Shown piece after piece: positions 25,715 through 34,215 of a DNA stretch of 34,849 nucleotides. The notes under the pieces are model-generated. The model did not search any database and had not been told where the DNA came from. It saw nothing but the letters and a program-made list of their open reading frames with translations. Source of the stretch: an uncultured delta proteobacterium (GTDB taxonomy: Bacteria; RBG-13-61-14; DRUE01); the NCBI GenBank assembly GCA_903897985.1, contig CAIUDS010000728.1, forward strand, positions 1 to 34,849. Direction: 5' to 3'. Within the stretch, counting starts at the first letter, position 1; the number at the start of each line of letters is the position of its first letter. The position numbers and the translations under genes were made by a program.

Positions 25715-26559
25715 GTGCCGCTCCTTTCCGTGGCCCGCTTGGGCCGCAGGATCCGACGAGCGAAGGTATAGGCCTGTTGCTCAAAGAGCCAGGATAGAAT
25801 GTCGGACATGGGCAAAAACCGCGCCCCGAAATTTCCGTAGAGGGTGCAGATGACCTCGGGCTTGCGATGCGCGCTGGCGTTCACGATGAGCCCGGCGATT
25901 TTTTCCGGCCGGTCGCCGAACCAGCTTTTGCTCAGGCCCTTGGGGACTGTGTAGTCCTGCGTCATCACCCGGTTCTGGAAGGGCGTGTCCACAAAGCTGG
26001 GATAGACGCTGATCAGGTCTATGTTTTTGCCCTTCAGTTCGATCTGCGCGGCCTCGGCAAAACCACGCAGGGCGAACTTGCTGGCGCAATAGTTGGAGGA
26101 CATGGGCATGGCGATCTTGCCCGAGAGCGAGTTGATGATGATGAACTGTCCAAAGCCCTGCTTGATAAAATGCGGCAGGGCCGCGTAGAACCCGTGCAGC
26201 ACGCCCCAAAAGTTGACCTCCATCAGTTTCCGGAAATCCTCCGCCGGCATCCGGCTCGCCTCGCCCACCGCGCCAATGCCCGCGCCCAAAACCATGACAT
26301 CCAAACGGCCGGTCAGCTCGGTGGCCTTGGCCACCAGGTCTTTGACCTCTTCGGGTTTGGTCACATCGGCCGGAACTACCCAAGCCTCGGCGCCGGCCGC
26401 CTGGACCCGCTCCCGGGTCTGCCGCAATAATTCCCGGTTCCGGCCGCTCAGCGCCAGCTTGGCCCCGCGCCGAGCAAAGGCCAGCGCGGTTTCCGCTCCG
26501 ATGCCCCCGCTGGCACCGGTGATCACCACCGTTTTTCCGTTCAAATCAAACCTTGCCAT
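25711..26559 (-). CDS. Short-chain dehydrogenase/reductase (SDR), tandem paralog
   Basis: Trimmed to ATG 26557-26559 (MARFDLNGKTVVITGASGGIG...) with catalytic YCASK. The N-terminus is nearly identical in pattern to the downstream SDR. Confidence 0.85.
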   Translation of the reverse strand: MARFDLNGKTVVITGASGGIGAETALAFARRGAKLALSGRNRELLRQTRERVQAAGAEAWVVPADVTKPEEVKDLVAKATELTGRLDVMVLGAGIGAVGEASRMPAEDFRKLMEVNFWGVLHGFYAALPHFIKQGFGQFIIINSLSGKIAMPMSSNYCASKFALRGFAEAAQIELKGKNIDLISVYPSFVDTPFQNRVMTQDYTVPKGLSKSWFGDRPEKIAGLIVNASAHRKPEVICTLYGNFGARFLPMSDILSWLFEQQAYTFARRILRPKRATERSGT

Positions 26560-26687
26560 GCTCACCTCGTTTATTTTGCTTAAGCGCGCGTCCGCAATCC
26601 GGCCCCACTTTAACCAATCGCTGAGATGTTGCAAACGCGCTTTACATTTCGCCGGAAAGATATTAAAAGTATTCCACGGACAATGCA

Positions 26688-28631
26688 ATGAAACCCCGGG
26701 CGGCAATATATTTTTGCGCGATGTCGGCCTTGATCCTGGCCGGCTGTTTCAAGCCGAGCGACCCAAAGCTCGGGGTCAAGGAAGTGGACGGCGTGCCCAT
26801 CCTTTGGGAATATGGCATTCCCTATTTCACGCGGTTTCCGATCACGGACCATAAGCAACTGGACCTGGCCGGAACCTGGAAGTTCCAGCCCGACCCCAAG
26901 GATCAGGGCGTGGCGGAAAAATGGTTCGATCCGACTTTTGACGACCGGGAATGGTTTGATCATCCGGTTCCGGGTAGCTGGAATGTTCAAAAACCGGAAT
27001 GGCTCAATTATGTGGGCGCGGGCTGGTATCGGAAAAGGTTCACCGCCCCGCGGGATTTTTCCGGCCGCTTCAACCGGCTCATCCTGGACGGCGTTTCCTT
27101 CCAGGGCGATGTTTATCTGAACGGAAAATTCGCGGGCTCGCACTCGGGCGGCTTCACGCGCTGGAACCTGGAGGTTTCCGGGTTGCTGAATTACGGCGGG
27201 GAAAACCTGCTGGCGATCAAGGTGGACAACCGGAGAAGCTGGGACACGCTCCCGCCCATTGTGCATGAGCGCGGGCCGCTGGGCTGGTGGCCGTATGGCG
27301 GCATTCATCGCCTGGCCATGATCGAGAGCGGGCCGATGATAACGGTCTGCAAGTTGGCGGCGTTCACCGACCATCGGGGAGCGCTTACTTTGCAGGGCGG
27401 GGTCTATAACCACTTCGATCGAGACCTGAGACCGATTGTCACGGTTTCCCTTTATGACCTTGCGGGAAATCCAGTTGCCAATTTGCTCTACGAGGAGCCC
27501 CTGATCTATGCCCAAGAAGTCTGGGCGTTCAAGCTGGACCGCGAAATCGAGAACATCCAGCCTTGGTCGCCGGATGCGCCCGGGAACCGCTATCGTCTGC
27601 AAGTCCGGGTGATCTATCCGGATGACCGGGAAGATCAATCGGTTGAAATCGGGTTCCGCAAATTCGAGGTCAAAGGCTCGGCGCTTTATTTGAACGGCCG
27701 GCCTTTTTATATCAAGGGCGTGAACCGTCATGAGGACGACCCGCAAACCGGTCGGGTCCAGACCGATGCGCGGATCGCCGAAGACCTCAAACTGCTGCGC
27801 GAGTTGCATGCCAACCTGGTCCGCACTTCTCATTACCCGAATGATCCGCGTTTCCTCGACGCCTGCGACCGCGAAGGCATCCTGGTCATGGAGGAGATCT
27901 CGCTGCACCAGGTCGGATGGGAATATAAGGGCATCCGCGCGGCCGAGCATGAGCCGCTGTTTCTCAACGCCTCCCGCGAGTTGATGGAAACCATCGAGCG
28001 CGACCGCAATCACCCCGCGCTGGCGATCTATTCGCTCGGCGACGAGAGTTTCACCTTTTTCCCCTCCATCCGCGTCCTGCACCGCCGACTCTATGACCTG
28101 GCCAAGCGCTTTGACAACGACCGGCCCGTGACCATGGCCATCGTCACCGTCCCGCGCAAGGTGACGCCCTGGCTGGAAATGACCGCGGGCATCGGGGACC
28201 TGATCAGCGTGAACGAATACTTCGGATGGTATTACGGCGAATTCAGCCAACTCGGGCCGTTCCTCGATTCGCTCCATAAAAAATGGCCGGACAAGCCCAT
28301 CATCATTTCCGAATTGGGCGCCGAGGGCGTTCCCGGCGCCAAACCGGGCAAGCTCTATCCCATCGGCTATGGCCAATCCCGCGATTTTACACTCGAAGGC
28401 CAAACCAGGTTCTATCAGGAACAATTAAAAATTGTCAAAGGCAAAGCCTTCATCAAAGGCGTCATCCCCTGGGTGCTTGCGGACCACCGCGACGACAAGC
28501 GCCCCAAAAGCGCAGTCCCCCTCATGAACACCAAAGGCCTGCTTACCTATGACCGCCAAAAAAAGCCCGCCTTCGATCTCGTCTCCGAATTCTTCCAGAG
28601 CTGGAACCCTGATTCATCCTCAGAAAAATAG
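26688..28631 (+). CDS. Glycoside hydrolase family 2 lipoprotein (beta-galactosidase/glucuronidase-like)
   Basis: Lipobox ILAGC, GWYRKRF sugar-binding-domain motif, NLVRTSHYPNDPRFLDACDREGILVMEE, NHPALAIYSLGDE and ISELGAEG (candidate acid/base and nucleophile regions). Confidence 0.8.
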   Translation: MKPRAAIYFCAMSALILAGCFKPSDPKLGVKEVDGVPILWEYGIPYFTRFPITDHKQLDLAGTWKFQPDPKDQGVAEKWFDPTFDDREWFDHPVPGSWNVQKPEWLNYVGAGWYRKRFTAPRDFSGRFNRLILDGVSFQGDVYLNGKFAGSHSGGFTRWNLEVSGLLNYGGENLLAIKVDNRRSWDTLPPIVHERGPLGWWPYGGIHRLAMIESGPMITVCKLAAFTDHRGALTLQGGVYNHFDRDLRPIVTVSLYDLAGNPVANLLYEEPLIYAQEVWAFKLDREIENIQPWSPDAPGNRYRLQVRVIYPDDREDQSVEIGFRKFEVKGSALYLNGRPFYIKGVNRHEDDPQTGRVQTDARIAEDLKLLRELHANLVRTSHYPNDPRFLDACDREGILVMEEISLHQVGWEYKGIRAAEHEPLFLNASRELMETIERDRNHPALAIYSLGDESFTFFPSIRVLHRRLYDLAKRFDNDRPVTMAIVTVPRKVTPWLEMTAGIGDLISVNEYFGWYYGEFSQLGPFLDSLHKKWPDKPIIISELGAEGVPGAKPGKLYPIGYGQSRDFTLEGQTRFYQEQLKIVKGKAFIKGVIPWVLADHRDDKRPKSAVPLMNTKGLLTYDRQKKPAFDLVSEFFQSWNPDSSSEK

Positions 28632-28745
28632 AGGCAAGCCAAAGGGTACGGGCTTTCCGGCGGAAAGCCCTTCCTCAAAATCGGCAATAAAAAACCGGCA
28701 TTTGATCTGGTGGCGGAGTTCTTCCGCACCCGGAACCCGGACTGA
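28632..28745 (+). pseudogene. Duplicated GH2 3'-end fragment, in frame behind the TAG stop
   Basis: Codons after TAG 28629-28631 read RQAKGYGLSGGKPFLKIGNKKPAFDLVAEFFRTRNPD*. This parallels the real C-terminus DRQKKPAFDLVSEFFQSWNPDSSSEK*. Confidence 0.6.
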
Positions 28746-28789
28746 CCATTTTGTCTGCTCAATTTTTAGCGTGTTGCTCGCAAGCCCGA

Positions 28790-28889
28790 TTACAGCCTTG
28801 ACTCGCAACACGCTCCTTTTCTTACGAAATATGCGAGGGTGCACGCAGTCTTCGCTGTGGCTTGACGGGAATCGGCGCTTTGATACACT
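28790..28889 (+). CRISPR. Minimal type II array: one intact 36-nt repeat (28854-28889), ~29-nt spacer, possible degenerate repeat (28790-28825)
   Basis: In GCTGTGGCTTGACGGGAATCGGCGCTTTGATACACT, bases 28867-28889 pair 22/23 with tracrRNA 34218-34240. CTGTG (28855-28859) pairs with CACAG (34248-34252). A second (G/C)CTTGAC...CGCT core lies 64 nt upstream, at CRISPR-like spacing, but overall identity is only ~40%. No further copies are in the window. Confidence 0.5.
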
Positions 28890-28894
28890 CTTGC

Positions 28895-28928
28895 GCCCCG
28901 AAATCATTGAATTTCGGGGCTTTTTTTT
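28895..28928 (+). terminator. Intrinsic terminator 5 nt after the solo repeat
   Basis: GCCCCGAAAT-cattga-ATTTCGGGGC followed by T8. The U-run exists only on the + strand, so it ends a transcript running toward cas2. Confidence 0.8.
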
Positions 28929-28939
28929 GGTTTTTGCGC

Positions 28940-29284
28940 CTAGAAAAATGACATTTGCATGGGCGGATCTTCGGTCGGCACGCGGTTTTTTCCGAAGAAG
29001 ACATCCATCTTTCCGAACTGGCGGTCGGTAACCGAGAGCAGTCTGACCCGTCCCTCGGGCGGGATGATCCCCGAGACCTTATGCCGCTGGATGTCCGACT
29101 TTTCCTCGGAAGCGAAGTAGCGGGCATAGACCGAAAACTGGAGCATGGTGAAGCCCTGTTTGAGGATGGATTTGCGGAACTGGGCATATTCCTTGCGGGC
29201 TTCTTTGGTGTCCACCGGTAGGTCGAATAATACGAATAACCACATGGCACGATACTCCGATAGGTTGAGGTTGGTTTCTGGCAT
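28940..29284 (-). CDS. cas2: CRISPR-associated endoribonuclease Cas2 (type II)
   Basis: YRAMWLFVLFDLPVDTKEARKEYAQFRKSILKQGFTMLQFSVYARY matches the type II-A/C Cas2 pattern. Confidence 0.9.
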   Translation of the reverse strand: MPETNLNLSEYRAMWLFVLFDLPVDTKEARKEYAQFRKSILKQGFTMLQFSVYARYFASEEKSDIQRHKVSGIIPPEGRVRLLSVTDRQFGKMDVFFGKNRVPTEDPPMQMSFF

Positions 29285-29308
29285 GGGAATTTAACCGCAA
29301 GAGATTTT

Positions 29309-29407
29309 AACCGCAGATAAACGCAGATGAACGCGGATAATATAATTTAATACTTTTCTTTTTTTTCTCTTGAAAATATCTGCGTCCATCTGCGTTTATC
29401 TGCGGTT
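29309..29407. repeat. Imperfect ~30-bp inverted repeat around an AT-rich loop
   Basis: AACCGCAGATAAACGCAGATGAACGCGGATA (29309-29339) faces TATCTGCGTCCATCTGCGTTTATCTGCGGTT (29377-29407). Confidence 0.8.
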
Positions 29408-29410
29408 CCC

Positions 29411-29800
29411 TCAAAAATTATTGACAATCCTCTTTATCTCCACTTTCGGTTTGCCGAAATTTATGAGCAGGCAGATGGGCAAGCCGGTTGCTTTCAAATA
29501 ATTGAGGCATTGGGCCAGATGGATATCGTCCAGGGCTTTGACGGCCTTGATTTCCACAATCACCTTTTGCTCAACCAGCAAGTCGGCAATGTAATCGCCC
29601 ACGAGAACTCCATCATACTTGACCTGGATGCCGTATTGATGTTCAACCTGCAGCCCTGCCCTGCCGATTTCGTAGGCCAAGGCATTTTCATAAACCTTCT
29701 CCAAAAAGCCGTTTCCCAGCTTATTGCTGACGGTATAGGCGCAACCGATAATTTTATCGGTGATGCTGTTCAAATCGGCTTTTTCCGAATCAGTCAACAT
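29411..29800 (-). CDS. GxxExxY protein (PD-(D/E)XK nuclease superfamily)
   Basis: GNGFLEKVYENAL contains the eponymous G-x-x-E-x-x-Y. DLLVEQKVIVEIKAV supplies the D...E-x-K core. 129 aa, the size typical of the family. Confidence 0.85.
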   Translation of the reverse strand: MLTDSEKADLNSITDKIIGCAYTVSNKLGNGFLEKVYENALAYEIGRAGLQVEHQYGIQVKYDGVLVGDYIADLLVEQKVIVEIKAVKALDDIHLAQCLNYLKATGLPICLLINFGKPKVEIKRIVNNF

Positions 29801-29817
29801 TTTTTACCCCCCCTTTC

Positions 29818-29851
29818 TTATCTGCGTTCATCTGCGTCCATCTGCGGTTCC
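29818..29851. repeat. 10-nt-period tandem repeat (ATCTGCG core x3), direct copy of 29377-29407
   Basis: TTATCTGCG-TTCATCTGCG-TCCATCTGCG-GTTCC ends 2 nt from the cas1 stop. Confidence 0.8.
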
Positions 29852-29852
29852 A

Positions 29853-30740
29853 TCATATTTCCGGCAAAACCAATTCATTGGTTTGCCCTTCAAAAATTTG
29901 GGCGAGGGAAGACGCGGTCCGGCTGATGATGTCGAAAAGGGTCCTTTCCTCCCCTTCCAGAATGAACCTGCCGGTCAAGGCCCCAATAATGACGGCTTTG
30001 GCTTCTTTCTCCAGCGGCGCAGCCGCCCCTTTTCCCTTTACCAGATTCACGACCGCCCGATCAACAATCGGCCGGAACGGTTCCATCAGGTCGTCGGCCA
30101 GGCAATAGGAATCGTAGCGGTTGTGATGGTGAACCCCGAGAGAGGGATGCAGCCCGGCCCCGCAAACTGCTCTCGCAGTAATCGCTCTCAAGACGGTGTA
30201 ACCATAGTTAAGAAATTTATTCTGGTCCTCGGCTTCGCGGTCCCGCAAAAATTCCGCATCCCCAAAAATCTTGGGCCAATACTTCCGGCTGGCCCACCCT
30301 TCCAGGTTCTCCGTGTCGCCGGATTTAACATCTTTAGACATGGCCAGCAAACCTTCATCCTTGCCATAAAGCTCTTGCAGCAGTTTGCCCTGGTTCTTGA
30401 TCTTTTCGCTCACGATCTGCTTCCAGATTTGCTTGCAGGTGGGCTGGGAGGCTTGCGTCTGCTTGAGGAACCGTTCGCCTTGGGTGGAATGACCCACAAT
30501 AGGAAGAAGCATCCCGACCGGGAGGTATTTGTTGTTGCACACAATGAACGCGCCACACGCTTCCATCAATCCGGCCAGGGCCGCGTTGGTATAATGAACC
30601 TGGGGGTGTGAAGAGATGATTACGGCAATATCGCTGAAGGGCATGGTGATCTCCGGCTTATCCTTGCGCTCGATCACCAACAACCCAATCCGGCTGCTCA
30701 AAAATGCCGCCTCCTCCGAAAAGTCCAGAATCCGGTCCAT
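29853..30740 (-). CDS. cas1: CRISPR-associated endonuclease Cas1 (type II)
   Basis: 295 aa with NYGYTVLRAITARAV, GLHPSLGVHHHNRYDSYCLADDLMEPFRPIVD (Cas1 catalytic His/Asp region). Confidence 0.9.
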   Translation of the reverse strand: MDRILDFSEEAAFLSSRIGLLVIERKDKPEITMPFSDIAVIISSHPQVHYTNAALAGLMEACGAFIVCNNKYLPVGMLLPIVGHSTQGERFLKQTQASQPTCKQIWKQIVSEKIKNQGKLLQELYGKDEGLLAMSKDVKSGDTENLEGWASRKYWPKIFGDAEFLRDREAEDQNKFLNYGYTVLRAITARAVCGAGLHPSLGVHHHNRYDSYCLADDLMEPFRPIVDRAVVNLVKGKGAAAPLEKEAKAVIIGALTGRFILEGEERTLFDIISRTASSLAQIFEGQTNELVLPEI

Positions 30741-30834
30741 CCTTCGTAGCCCCTATCTTTTTTCCATAATTACCAGTTCCTGAAGGATACTCAATGAGCC
30801 CAAAAGTTGCGCTGATGCTTTTCGCGAAGAAGGA

Positions 30835-33800
30835 TCAGTCATTGGCCCAGCGAATATTTCCCATTGGATCAATCAATACCTTTTTTGCCTCTGAAACTCT
30901 AAGACTTTCGGGATACCGAGACCTACCTTCTTTGGGAATTTCCGACACAGGCCTAGCATCAGTGTTTTTGACAAAAAACATTTGCTGATTTTGCCCAATT
31001 TTTTGAACTATCCATAATTGCTGAATGCCTTTATCATCCTTCATCAGAACGCTTTCGTTCCTGGCAAGAGAAAAAATAAATTTTGTTCCTTCTCCGTGGT
31101 TCCGTTTTACGATTGGTTCTTTACCCTTGGTTCTCAGCCTGCGCATCGCTTCAAAGGTTGTTACAACATCCGCATCCCAATATGGATTCCCCTTTTTGTC
31201 TTTTGCTTCAAATATTTCTATGTGGTGATTTGAGCTTGTTTCCAAATTGCGAGTAAATTTTTGCGTTCCATCCGGCAGGGTGACTGGTTTTCCAATCGGG
31301 ATGGTTGTATTCGGCTTTTTTATCCGCACTTTATTGATGGGGATTTTTCGACCATCCTTGGTTTCCATAAAAGGATGATTTTCTATATTCTCAAATTTCT
31401 TGATGTCACCCCCAAGGGATTTAAGTTTTTCGATAACCAGCTTCTTGATTACAGGATCAACGATATTCTCCAATTCCTTGTTGGTCAGAGCGGCAATGGG
31501 TTTGCGAATGTGACTATAGGTATTTCCTCTCTCATCCACTTTTTGTGGGCTATAAATATGGTCAGCATGCAAAGGTCCATTCACCTTTTTGGAAACCCGG
31601 TGAGACACAATTGTCTGGTCAATGGCTTCTTTTACTTTTTCATAAAAATTTCCCCAGGGTTCATCCATTTTCCCGAAACGATGACGCTTTTCTTTCTGCG
31701 CATTTTCAGAAGCCTTACTAAGTTGGTTCACAATGGCTCGATCGGTCAAGGCAATGCAGATGGCGTCAATGGCATGGTGGCGATGGTCGGTTCTTGCTTT
31801 GTCGCCGCCCTCCGAAAGAATTCGGTTTAGATCCCAGATTTCTTTCCCACGCAAGTATGATGTAATACCGCCTTTTGTCGTCTGGACTCGACCGAGAGCT
31901 TTCTCGCCATAAAGCAGCCCTAAATAATCCCTGCCCTTGCTTGCCGCATAAGCGGTATCAATGAGTTGTGAATCAACAAAATCGCTTAATTTCTCCAAAC
32001 TATCAATTTGGAACCGCTCCAGCTTAGCTTGAGCAGACGAGGATTTCACCTTTTTGAAGCCTTTGCCATTCTTTCTCTTAACTGAGACGGTCAATAGAGG
32101 TTTGAAATCTTTTACTCGCCTTAGAATATCACTCCACCTTTCTTGGTCGCTGCCATAGGCTTGCCATGGAGATTTTTTGCCTTTGATAGCATTTTCTTCA
32201 TTGGCGCATAATGTTTTATTGATAAATGAATTATCGAGACAAATCTTGAAGGGTATAATGTGTTCAATTTGAAATTGAGGGTTCTTGCCAAAGAGATTGG
32301 CCATACTTATGCCCTTTCCGGTATAAGGACATTTCCAATCGCATTCTTCGGCCAATAAATATTTATCGAGATCATCGCGACTGGGATTCTGTATCCCAAT
32401 CTCCTTCAGTATATTTCTGGCCTTATCCCTTTCAGCCCGGTTTTGTTCATTCATCTTGGAGTGGATTTCCCTGCTTTGCCTGGTCCTTTTTGTGTCCCGA
32501 ACAAGCTCAAGCCTGATTTCCGCCGGCTTGCCATATTCTCTAACAATCGCATTAACCACCTTGCGCAGTTCGGTAAGAACCCGCTTGACCACCGGATTGG
32601 AAAGCTCGGGCAATTCCTCGTGCACCATGGGCAAGCAATCCCGCGCATCGCCTTTGAAGCGGTCGGGATAGGCATTCTTAACCGATTCCATATATTTCAT
32701 TCCATTTTCCATCAAAGGGAGAAGCTTGGATAAGGCCATCCGAGAAAGCCCGCAATAGCCATCTTCAAGCTCGATTGCGCTGAATTTTTCGGCAGTTTTA
32801 TCGTCCAGACCCCATTTTTCCTTGCCTCGCTTAACCAATCCCTTTTCATGTTGAATGCTGATCAAATCCCGAACAATTTCTTCCCGGTCTTGAACAGGTA
32901 AACCCATCCATTTCTCAAATCCAATAACATCAATGATTTGGGCCGCAGTCCGATTGCCACGGAACCCTTTTTCTCCACGACCTTCAAAATTGAATTTAAG
33001 AACCTTCAGGGGCTTCAGCAAAGCCTTAACTTGAGAAAATGTCAGTTCCTCTTTGATGTCCAACTCTTTTAACAACAAAGCCATTTGCTCCTCGGTAAAT
33101 TCCTTTATCTCACCATCGGTGGTTACGACTTTGGTGTTTTGTAGTTGCTGCAAAGTCCGAAAACGCTGAAACGTAAGGCACGCCTTTGGCGCTCTTTTTC
33201 TCCCCTTCTCATATTCGCAGACTCCGATTATTGGCGGCTTTAATGGCCTTTGATGAAATATAGCCTTCTTAATTCTTTCCCTAAATTCCGGATTTAACAT
33301 TTGCGGAAAGTACTCTATTTGTTTTCCCCAAATCTCCTCAAACTCCGCCGAATACATATCGCGACCCGTCCATCTACCCCGAATGCGAATTTGCTCAGGA
33401 TTGAGCTTTGAAAGATATTCACCAAGGGTTCGAACATTTGCTCCTTCAATTTCTCCCGCTAACTTCTCAATATCCGCTTTTACTATTCCGAAGTCTTCAT
33501 CTTTCTTGGAATTGGCCTTGCGGTTGCTTAAGAAGCCCCGGCGCTGCGCAAGATGGAACAAGGCTCGGCCAAATTCATCGGGTTCCAGTTTTTGGTCGAG
33601 GGCTTTGGCGCGGAGGAGATAAGGAAGGACCTCGGAGGCCATTGGCTCTTTGCCCTGCCATTTCTTGATCAACTCCTGGTCAAGCCGGTTGATTATTTCG
33701 TGGCGGGCCTGGGCCTTTAAATGCCGCTCTTCTTTCCTTTGCCGAGAGCTTTTCTTTTTGCCCAGTTTGGTTTGATAGGCTGGATGTTCGGGCAAAAGCC

Positions 33801-34083
33801 CTGCGCTCATTAGCAGATAAAATAAATGGCTTAATCTTCTTGAAGTTCGGTCCAGCCGACGCCGAGTAAGTCGCGCATCCCGCCTAACCACCCCTCTTGA
33901 TTGATCCTTGCCCGAGGCAATGTCTCCGTCCACCCCCGCCTCAAAAATGCGGACCCCGGTTTTTTCAATTGCGAATGGTTTGAGTCGGCCTTCCTTTTCC
34001 GAAGGAACCGCTTTAAGCAAGGCCCAGCCAATGGAATTCGACCCTAAATCCAGCCCCAGAATAAAATGATCCTTTTCCGCCAT
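30835..34083 (-). CDS. cas9: Cas9, type II-C-like, 1082 aa
   Basis: RuvC-I ILGLDLGSNSIGWA. Arg-rich bridge helix RRDARLTRRRLDRTSRR. RuvC-II EIRLELVRD. HNH QIEHIIPFKICLDNSFINKTLCANEENAIKGKKSP. RuvC-III HHAIDAICIA. There is no csn2 or cas4 in the locus. An AAGGAGGG RBS is present. Confidence 0.95.
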   Translation of the reverse strand: MAEKDHFILGLDLGSNSIGWALLKAVPSEKEGRLKPFAIEKTGVRIFEAGVDGDIASGKDQSRGVVRRDARLTRRRLDRTSRRLSHLFYLLMSAGLLPEHPAYQTKLGKKKSSRQRKEERHLKAQARHEIINRLDQELIKKWQGKEPMASEVLPYLLRAKALDQKLEPDEFGRALFHLAQRRGFLSNRKANSKKDEDFGIVKADIEKLAGEIEGANVRTLGEYLSKLNPEQIRIRGRWTGRDMYSAEFEEIWGKQIEYFPQMLNPEFRERIKKAIFHQRPLKPPIIGVCEYEKGRKRAPKACLTFQRFRTLQQLQNTKVVTTDGEIKEFTEEQMALLLKELDIKEELTFSQVKALLKPLKVLKFNFEGRGEKGFRGNRTAAQIIDVIGFEKWMGLPVQDREEIVRDLISIQHEKGLVKRGKEKWGLDDKTAEKFSAIELEDGYCGLSRMALSKLLPLMENGMKYMESVKNAYPDRFKGDARDCLPMVHEELPELSNPVVKRVLTELRKVVNAIVREYGKPAEIRLELVRDTKRTRQSREIHSKMNEQNRAERDKARNILKEIGIQNPSRDDLDKYLLAEECDWKCPYTGKGISMANLFGKNPQFQIEHIIPFKICLDNSFINKTLCANEENAIKGKKSPWQAYGSDQERWSDILRRVKDFKPLLTVSVKRKNGKGFKKVKSSSAQAKLERFQIDSLEKLSDFVDSQLIDTAYAASKGRDYLGLLYGEKALGRVQTTKGGITSYLRGKEIWDLNRILSEGGDKARTDHRHHAIDAICIALTDRAIVNQLSKASENAQKEKRHRFGKMDEPWGNFYEKVKEAIDQTIVSHRVSKKVNGPLHADHIYSPQKVDERGNTYSHIRKPIAALTNKELENIVDPVIKKLVIEKLKSLGGDIKKFENIENHPFMETKDGRKIPINKVRIKKPNTTIPIGKPVTLPDGTQKFTRNLETSSNHHIEIFEAKDKKGNPYWDADVVTTFEAMRRLRTKGKEPIVKRNHGEGTKFIFSLARNESVLMKDDKGIQQLWIVQKIGQNQQMFFVKNTDARPVSEIPKEGRSRYPESLRVSEAKKVLIDPMGNIRWAND

Positions 34084-34123
34084 TTTACCACCCTCCTTTT
34101 ATTCGCCCATTTAACCACTTTTT

Positions 34124-34153
34124 ATACTAGACCACTTTTATTTATAATGTCAA
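34124..34153 (-). promoter_or_regulatory. Putative cas9 promoter
   Basis: Minus strand has TTGACA, an 18-nt spacer, then TAGTAT, about 35-40 nt upstream of the cas9 ATG. Confidence 0.45.
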
Positions 34154-34181
34154 ACATTTTTCGCTTTTTTTCATTTTTCCC

Positions 34182-34209
34182 TTGACAAGCAATTCAAAGT
34201 ATGTATAAT
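34182..34209 (+). promoter_or_regulatory. Near-consensus sigma70 promoter of the tracrRNA
   Basis: TTGACA (34182-34187), 16-nt spacer, TATAAT (34204-34209). It diverges from the cas9 promoter ~30 nt away. Confidence 0.65.
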
Positions 34210-34215
34210 TTTAAT

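Noticed and set aside
28769-28813. Hairpin GCGTGTTGC...GCAACACGC with weak resemblance to the anti-repeat, considered as a second tracrRNA or a natural single-guide fold.
   Set aside because: Similarity to the anti-repeat is patchy (GTGT...CGATT only). The stem followed by TCCTTTTCTT is explained equally well as a terminator for the GH2 gene or as part of a degenerate repeat. It cannot be resolved without RNA data.
30741-30834. The cas9-cas1 intergenic gap as an alternative tracrRNA location, as in some II-C loci.
   Set aside because: It has no complementarity to the repeat and no promoter/terminator pair. It holds only a weak imperfect hairpin (CTGATGCTT...AAGGATCAG).
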